From: Amoebidium appalachense | Taxonomy: Eukaryota > Protista > Ichthyosporea | Assembly: GCA_963693365.1 (NCBI GenBank) | Contig: CAVNZM010000014.1 | Span: 6,820,001 to 6,884,000 of the forward strand | Direction of reading: 5' to 3' | Length of the DNA stretch: 64,000 nucleotides | Program-made: the position numbers and the translations under genes | Notes under the pieces: model-generated | Databases searched by the model: none | What the model saw: only the letters and a program-made list of their open reading frames with translations | Told to the model about the DNA's origin: nothing | Shown: one piece after another, positions 56,866 through 64,000 of the stretch | How positions within the stretch are numbered: position 1 is the stretch's first letter | Layout of the letters: the number at the start of each line of letters is the position of its first letter

Positions 56866-59800
56866 TTTATCCTTCTTCTTCTGGAATGCTCGGACACTGG
56901 GCCCCCAAAAGGGCCTCCCCCCCGGGACACTCGACGATAAAATCAGCTACATACAACAACAGACAAACAACCACACGTTTACAGTGATTTGCGAAACACA
57001 GTTTAAAAACCACCACAAATTCAACTCTACATTGGTCGACACATCCACACACCCCGGTTACGCGAAAAACCGAGGCATTATTGTACTTGCCGCACCACAC
57101 GTGAGAGTGAAGTGCAAACCGGTAGCAAAAACGGAATTCTCGGTTTCTATAGAGTTTCTTTCTAATGTTTTTACTTTTGTATATTACCCACCATCTATGT
57201 CGGTTGTCGAATTGACTCACGAGTTGTCACAGTTACCAATGTCCACTGTTATTTTAGGTGATTTTAACACGCGACTCCACCACACAGACACACTGCAAGT
57301 GAGTGTCGGGTACCCATCTAAGCCCCCGGAGCGTGCTATCCCTTTAGCAAGGTATGTCCAAAGTCACACTTTGCGGTTCCCTCAAATATCCCATGCCCAC
57401 AACACCGACTGGGGAGTGGCCTTTTGGCCATCAACCATGTCAAAACTCTCTCTCCCTCCTAACCTCTCTAGGTCATCTGACCACTCTCCTATCCTTTTCC
57501 TACCTAAGATCTCCCTTGATCTGCTCCCCCCTCCCCCTCCCACCTTTCGCCTCCGTCTATCCCAGCTTAAGTCACAGTGGGGTAGAGTTGATGTATGTGT
57601 ATGCTATGCTACGAAACACCCTATATATATGCGCCTATTAGAATCTGCACAAGCCAGGCCAGATTCACATCTCGTACTAGATACATGCACTAACTTTATT
57701 GTTGATGATTTGATAGATCTCGGTGATTATGCTGGCGGTGGTAGGAAGGAATATCCCGATGCTCTCTTGTTACCAAACACCACTCCCGCTAGACTAGGTG
57801 AACCCCTGTCTCAAAAGGAAAGCTTGCGCCGGCTTGCTAGTATGAATCGATTTGGCCCCCCTGCTCGTATTATTGGTGATACCACTGGAGACCCCCTCAT
57901 AGACTCTGATAAGTATTTCTCGGAACTGTTTAAAGATAGGACCCCCGCTCAGAAACCTATTGTGTGGCCTGTAGACCCATCTATCCCCATAGAATCGATC
58001 CTCCCCTTTTTCAGTCCCGATGCCATATGGTCTGTGATATCTAGTTATAGCTCTAGTAAGTCTTGTGGACCTGATGGACTCCCTGCTGGGTTTCTTAAAA
58101 TCCTTGTTCCCTCCTACCCACAAAAGGAAAGTGATCGTGCTATTAAACCTGATCTTACTATCATGTTAAGCTCTCTCTTTTCTTGGTGTGTTAAATGTGG
58201 ACATGTCCCGTCATCTTGGTTAGATACCTTAGTGATCCCCATAGTTAAGAAGGACTCTGAGGGCCCCATATCATCCTTTCGCCCCATTACACTAACCCAG
58301 GTTGTTCGTAGATTCTTTGAAGCTTGCTTACTTAGGTTATTTGCACATCACCCTAGGTTTCAATCTATTCTTCACATACACCCATGCCAATCCGCTTTTC
58401 GTAAAAACAATTCATGTTATGTTCAAATAATGGCACTGCACGATTCTATGCAAGTTGGTGCACAATATGTTGGCTTTATTGATTGGAAAACTGCTTACGA
58501 TTCTGTCTCCCCTGGTCTCCTATGGGAAAAGCTTGCTGCACGGGGTGTACCACACTGCATTGGTGTTCTGTTAGAAGCACTCTTGTCTCAAACCTATGGT
58601 AGAGCTGTGGTTAATGGGCATCTTTCATATGGTTTTGCTCGTACTAGAGGTCTCTTGCAGGGTTCATTGCTTAGCCCCTTTTTGTTTAACCTATTTATAG
58701 ATGATTTGGCTGTCAAGATTTACGCCGAAAACGATGACCCTATTAATAACTTTCCGCCTGCACTTCTCTATGCTGATGATCTGTCCCTCCTTGCCCGTAC
58801 CCCTAGACGCCTGCAAAGATTGTTCGATGTAGTGTCAGAGTGGTGCAAGGCAAACCTTATGATCCTTAACATAGACAAATGTGGTGTTCTTGTACCTGAT
58901 ATAGCTAACAATTTACACACATTTACATTATCATCTAAACCTGTACCTATAGTTCCAGAATACAAATATCTTGGTGTTCCGGTTGATTCTGTTGGTGTTA
59001 TGTTTCCCCATATGGTCGAAAAGAGGGTAGAGTTGGCTCGTAAGCGGTTAGCTTTCTTCTCGGCTAATATTTTTAAAGACACACCCCTCCATCCTTCTAT
59101 TAGACTTCCATTTATTCGCACTTTTGTCTTCCCGGCATGTGAATATGGTTTACCCCTTCTCGCCGCTTGGATCAAGAAAGAGAGAACTAGAGCGCTTAAA
59201 CCCTTGGCAAATTTCCTTGAAGCAGAAGTTGCCTCCTTTCTATCTAACAACTGTTGTAAACCTGGGCCTGTAACGCTCTCGATATATGGTCTGGTCCCAA
59301 TAGCTGCTAGAGTATCCTATCTCGCGCTGAAATTCAATAAGCACATAAGCCGCTTAAAGAAGTATTTGCCCTCCCACCCTCTCTTCTCTATCCGACCTGT
59401 CCCCTCCTCACCTCTCCCCTCTTTCCTCCCCTCTCTCTCCCCTTCTCCCCTGGGCACAAATACAAATAAACCCCGCAATAGTGTGTGTGTGACTTTGGAC
59501 TGCCACTTACTTATTAAACATGTACACAATCACAAGATAATCACGCAATATAACAAATGGAAAAAGATACCACACGACACTAGACCCGATGAAAGCATAC
59601 ACCTTGAAAAACTAAGCCTTATGTCTCGTTTTATATATACTGACCGCCTCAACCATATTGCCAAATATGGCACTCGCAAGTGTATAACACCTAAATACAT
59701 ATTACCTTCCTGTAGAACTGGTCTTTCTCTAGCTGATGGTATTGTTGATCAATTACCACGCTTTTACTGTACACGTGCTATACAGTGGAGATCTAATAAG

Positions 59801-60052
59801 TATAAGGTGGCATCATTTGCATGCCCAAACAACACACACACACACCAGTTTAACCGGTCATGTATCGCCAAATGTAGTTTGATAGACCACATAATACCGC
59901 AACACACACACGTCACATTCACAACAGACACCCAGAAAGATAGCCTACCTGTAAATTACAACATCCTTGATTTTATACTAAACACGCGTAACTACGACCT
60001 GTTTATTAGATGTATTGATTGGCTTGAGAAACACATCACTACAAAATTATAG
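56858..60052 (+). CDS. LINE ORF2: AP endonuclease plus reverse transcriptase, 1064 aa, uninterrupted
   Basis: EN motifs FWNA, ICET, YYPP, LGDFN, SDHSPI. RT motifs GPDG, IPIVKK, FRPITL, QSAFRK, FIDWKTAYDSV, QGSLLSPFLFN, YADD, YKYLG. Cys/His-containing C-terminus. Confidence 0.97.
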   Translation: MPNLSFFFWNARTLGPQKGLPPGTLDDKISYIQQQTNNHTFTVICETQFKNHHKFNSTLVDTSTHPGYAKNRGIIVLAAPHVRVKCKPVAKTEFSVSIEFLSNVFTFVYYPPSMSVVELTHELSQLPMSTVILGDFNTRLHHTDTLQVSVGYPSKPPERAIPLARYVQSHTLRFPQISHAHNTDWGVAFWPSTMSKLSLPPNLSRSSDHSPILFLPKISLDLLPPPPPTFRLRLSQLKSQWGRVDVCVCYATKHPIYMRLLESAQARPDSHLVLDTCTNFIVDDLIDLGDYAGGGRKEYPDALLLPNTTPARLGEPLSQKESLRRLASMNRFGPPARIIGDTTGDPLIDSDKYFSELFKDRTPAQKPIVWPVDPSIPIESILPFFSPDAIWSVISSYSSSKSCGPDGLPAGFLKILVPSYPQKESDRAIKPDLTIMLSSLFSWCVKCGHVPSSWLDTLVIPIVKKDSEGPISSFRPITLTQVVRRFFEACLLRLFAHHPRFQSILHIHPCQSAFRKNNSCYVQIMALHDSMQVGAQYVGFIDWKTAYDSVSPGLLWEKLAARGVPHCIGVLLEALLSQTYGRAVVNGHLSYGFARTRGLLQGSLLSPFLFNLFIDDLAVKIYAENDDPINNFPPALLYADDLSLLARTPRRLQRLFDVVSEWCKANLMILNIDKCGVLVPDIANNLHTFTLSSKPVPIVPEYKYLGVPVDSVGVMFPHMVEKRVELARKRLAFFSANIFKDTPLHPSIRLPFIRTFVFPACEYGLPLLAAWIKKERTRALKPLANFLEAEVASFLSNNCCKPGPVTLSIYGLVPIAARVSYLALKFNKHISRLKKYLPSHPLFSIRPVPSSPLPSFLPSLSPSPLGTNTNKPRNSVCVTLDCHLLIKHVHNHKIITQYNKWKKIPHDTRPDESIHLEKLSLMSRFIYTDRLNHIAKYGTRKCITPKYILPSCRTGLSLADGIVDQLPRFYCTRAIQWRSNKYKVASFACPNNTHTHQFNRSCIAKCSLIDHIIPQHTHVTFTTDTQKDSLPVNYNILDFILNTRNYDLFIRCIDWLEKHITTKL

Positions 60053-60056
60053 CGCA

Positions 60057-60131
<75 letters not shown>

Positions 60132-60163
60132 CCAGCTGATACCGAGTGTCCCGAGGGGAGCCC

Positions 60164-60213
<50 letters not shown>

Positions 60214-60493
60214 GGGGAACCCCAACTAATTGATTTCTCCTTGTAGTCTTTATGGTGTCTCGTAGAGAAAGTAAACCCTGATATATAGTCACCACCCGAC
60301 ATCTATGTACGTGATCATGATATACCGCTGAGGGGATATTCCGAGCAAACCCCCCCCCCCATACCTGAGACTGGTTCTCTTTGCCTCGAGTAAACAGCGT
60401 AAACCCCCTTAGGAACTTCTACAATGCTGCGGGGGTGGGCCGGGGCATACCTGTGTGCCCCTGGGCCGGGCAGGCCGTCGACTGTGAATACTA

Positions 60494-60861
60494 TATATAT
60501 AATGACCGCTTTAACCATATTGCCAAATATGGCACTCGCAAATGTGTAACACCTAAATACATATTACCTACCTGTAGAATTGGTCTTTCTCTAGCTGATG
60601 GTATTATTGATCACATGCCACGCTTTTACTGTACACGTGCTATACAGTGGAGATCTCTTCTAGTAAGTTGTGTATGTATACGTCGGCTCCAAATTCTTAA
60701 ATTTACTTCATCTGTGTCGGGGGCATAGAAGGGGTATGGTGATCTAGGTAGCATCGTTTGCATGCCCAAACAACACACTGGCACCACGGTCATGTATCTA
60801 ACATGTACTGACGTGTTGCCGCACGTGCGACGTTTTAACATCTACTCAGGCGGTCCCTTTT

Positions 60862-60902
<41 letters not shown>

Positions 60903-61131
60903 AAGGAGACACCGCCTCAGTAGGTGGTAGGTCCGACGTATCGACAAATGTAGTTTGATAGACCACATAATACCGCAACACACACACGGTCACAGTCACA
61001 ACAGACACCCAGAGAGATAGCCTACCTAAAAAAATTACAACATCCTTGATTTTATACTAAACACGCGAAACTACGACCTGTTTATTAGATGTATTGATTG
61101 GCTTGAGAAACACATCATTACAAAATTCTAG

Positions 61132-61200
<69 letters not shown>

Positions 61201-61765
61201 ACACACACACAACTAGCTGATACCGAGTGTCCCAGGGGAGCCCAAAAAGAAAAGAAAAAAAAGAAAAAAAAAAAAGAAAAAAAAAACGGGGAACCCCAAC
61301 TAATTGATTTTTCTTAGTCTTTATGGTGTCTCGTAGAGAAAGTAAACCCTGATATATAATCATCACCCAACAGCTATGTACGTGATCATGATATACCGCT
61401 GAGGGGATATTCCGAGCAAAAACACCCCATACTTGAGACTGGTCTCTTACACACTTTTTATTCCGTGGACACTGCTGCCGGAGGCCCAGCCACATTCGAC
61501 GGCCTACTGCGTTTTCCAGCGCAGCCAATCAAATGCAGCCAGTGACATATGTACATGCTATGCAACAATGAGCGCCATCGTAGTGTATGACACCCCTATT
61601 ACATATTATGGGTAAGCAGAGGCTAGCTATAGCATCGGTAGCTCCGAAAGAAAGTTAAGGCACCGGATCACAATATCATACTGTGCAGCATTAATAAGGT
61701 GATCTAGGATAGTCATCCTAAAACGGATATATTGAAACAGCGTAAATCCCCATACTATATATATA
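60494..61765 (+). mobile_element. LINE family A copy 2, 5'-truncated and degenerate, in tandem with copy 1; carries three insertions
   Basis: Aligns to 59632-60501 (ORF2 end plus 3' UTR), with inserts at 60657-60740, 60799-60937 and 61447-61735. Confidence 0.9.
61447..61735 (-). mobile_element. LINE family B copy 2 (~290 bp, 5'-truncated) inserted in the 3' UTR of family A copy 2
   Basis: Equals 51462-51627 + 53209-53281 + 55035-55076 joined. Family A sequence resumes at 61735 with ~10 bp of target deleted. Confidence 0.85.
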
Positions 61766-62162
61766 CGTCTGACAGCAGCAGTTTGTCATTCTTACACACG
61801 TTTTAGTATCAGCGTATAGACAAGTGTAGGGACACCGTGTGGTTAGACACTCGCTACCTACCTGGGCAAGTGGGTCTTTATACGTGGAGCGGAAAATGAC
61901 GAGTTCTAGTATTAGCTCCATATATGAGCTATGATCTGTAGAGCTTCTATCTATTTTTTTTGCAGCTTCCTCACCGAAGTTGTATGCTATGATAACATAC
62001 ACCTTTTTTTTTCGGTGCCTTAAATGTAGGTAGCAGATCCGGAGGCCCTTTTTTTCCCCTTCCCAGCTGCTTTTAATTGGGGCTGACATGTATTCAGTAC
62101 TAGTGATACTTATGGAGCTCCAAAACAGGCATGGATGGCCAACACTTGGGTGACTTGAAGAG

Positions 62163-63641
62163 ATGCTTGCGGCGGGGGGCGAGTGCGAAAACGGGCAGAG
62201 CCCAAATTACTGTGCAGGTTGTATACAGTTAGACGCGCACAGGCCACCAGGAACGTTCCATTTAGGCAAGGCGACAACAACATCCCAACTTGACGGCATG
62301 AACGGGGAGGTGGAAGTGGTTGACATGGTTCTAGAAGCAACAGGGCCGTCAAACGTATCCAACCGTGGCAGTTGTGAGCACGAATCCACACACGGTGGCC
62401 AGGCGAAAGCGACCTCCAAAATTGGAAACACGGAAGGGCAGGTTGTAGTGGTTGATTTTGGTTCAGGAGCAACAGGGCCGTTAAGTAAAATCAACCGTGG
62501 CGCGTGTGAGAACGAATTGCCACGCAGTGGCCGATCTGAGGAAAAAGGGGAAAACGTTAAGATTAAGTCTCGCGAAACCGATGTACGGACATATCTCTAT
62601 GCAACGTTTCTGATTCATTTGGTCATTCTATTCACACTCGTCACCTATGAGGGCGTCTACCTATTTTTGGTAGGCCGTGTGCGAAAAACCAGTCCTTATC
62701 ACGATGTCAAGGTTGCGGCCGACAGTCTCCAAGAGGCCATCACGGCTCGAGACAGCGCCAAGCTGCGTGTTCCCGCCAACACCACCCTCCTCTCCTACCT
62801 GTCCGTTAAAGCCCAAAACGAGTGTGCCGAATTCAACAACATCCTTGCGCAAGCGAAAGCAGACGGCTGGAAGATCCTCTGCTATGACATCACTTTCACG
62901 TCCATCATTGTAGTCATCACATGTTTGGTTATGCACATTGTTTACCAGAATAGGAATCACCCTACTGTCCGGTCGCGTGGGGGCGTGTACCTCGTGGGCA
63001 TGTTCGGAACCGGGCTGTTGGCAGAAGTCAGTGCGGTTTTGCTTACTCTCTGCTGCATGCTTCAACTCCGTGCGTTCCCTATGGGTGCTGATTACCTACA
63101 GCTAGAAGTAATCACAGCAAACAAATCGCTCCTTGCAGATGAAACGCTGTACGTGTTCCTATTTGCGGTGCTCGTCTTCTGTTTTTTCTTAGCGCTTATG
63201 GTCGGCCGGCAGAGGCTGATTGCCTATGTTTTCACGACGATGATGTTCGAGCCGAAGGATCCGACCGCTGAGCAGTTACGATTTGCGGCAGTTGCCACGC
63301 TCTGCGGCTTTGCCCTCAGCGCTCCCTTCTTCTTTATTTGGTGGGCAAGAGACGGCTTTAGCCTGAGCGGGGCCTGGTATGGTCTGCTGGGAACAGTGCC
63401 CATGGGTGTTTTCTACAGTGTCTTTACGGTGTATTACTCGTATACGGCGCGAAAATCGACCCTCCGGTTCAACGATTTTTTCTGCAGCATCCGGTGTGTG
63501 GCCGCCGAGAATGTTCTGTTCTTTGGTGTCATTGTGTTCTGTGAGTTGAACCCACATCATGTTTTGGTCACATCGGCCACTTATTGTGCAATGATCCGCG
63601 CCATCGTCTTGACACACCTGCTGGACCAGTTTAGTACACAG
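62163..63641 (+). CDS. Multi-pass membrane protein, 7TM/GPCR-like; first large exon, probably continuing after an intron at 63642
   Basis: About 8 hydrophobic segments. The loop YQNRNHPTVRSRG after the first core helix and the RFNDF motif recall class C-like or 7TM-RGS receptors. CAG|gtgtgt donor at 63641/63642. Confidence 0.6.
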
Positions 63642-63954
63642 GTGTGTTTTTCTTTTCTCTCTCCTTTTTGAACACTAAACGATGAACATGATTCACAGGC
63701 AGTCTTTGAGGTTTTATAAGCTTAACCCTCCTCCTCTTTAAGCTTACCGCCATTCCCCCTAGCTCTCTTGCACTCTGTGTGACTCAAGTAATCGGTCAGT
63801 TACTACCTATGCAGACACTGTGCACACGCCCCGAGAGCACATGTCACGTGGGCCACATAGATCAACTATGGTGCATATTGAAACACTTGCACATTCACGG
63901 TGAGTACGCATCATACTTGAATCCATTCAACACATGCGCGCGCGCACCCACACC

Positions 63955-64000
<46 letters not shown>

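Larger units (their letters stand above)
55789..60501 (+). mobile_element. LINE family A, near full length with intact ORF1 and ORF2, ~450-bp 3' UTR and (TA)n tail
   Basis: Two ORFs overlap by 8 nt. The 3' end is defined by comparison with the second copy (aaacagcgtaaa.cccc..atactatatatata). The 5' end is uncertain. Confidence 0.88.

Noticed and set aside
60178-60213. Poly-A tail marking the LINE 3' end
   Set aside because: Both family A copies stay homologous well beyond it.
55629-61602. Composite transposon with 160-bp TIRs enclosing the RT element
   Set aside because: There is no TSD, the repeat follows the family B stop codon in two copies, and family A sequence resumes after 61735, so the repeats are independent LINE B 3' ends.
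61718-62089. Minus-strand ORF as a continuation of LINE B
   Set aside because: Homology to family B stops at 61735 and no RT motifs are present.

Overview
Eukaryotic genomic DNA with many GT-AG introns, saturated with (CA)/(GT), poly-G/C and poly-A tracts; most of the ORF track is translated microsatellite. A unicellular opisthokont-like source is plausible but only an inference. Host genes are: a ~32-kb minus-strand p400/Domino-type gene (HSA + SNF2-like ATPase + SANT + polyQ) whose ATPase motifs look catalytically dead, a divergent zinc-finger/coiled-coil gene, a 4-exon ERG25/MSMO1-like sterol C4-methyl oxidase, a small ankyrin gene and the start of a multi-pass 7TM-like gene. Mobile DNA includes the 5' half of an APE-type LINE at the left edge, an intronic Helitron-like element, and an ~11-kb nest at 50692-61765. 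The nest holds a pogo derivative, three pieces of a LINE family B, a second Helitron, a piggyBac-like element, and an ORF-intact LINE (family A) followed by a truncated tandem copy. Empty target sites inside the window fix several element boundaries. The most notable observations are the pseudo-ATPase p400, a 3'-terminal motif shared by two LINE families joined head-to-tail, complementary microsatellites at intron ends, and Helitrons with 5'-TT/CTTG-3' ends. No rRNA, tRNA or CRISPR array was recognised. All family assignments come from motif reading by eye, not database searches.
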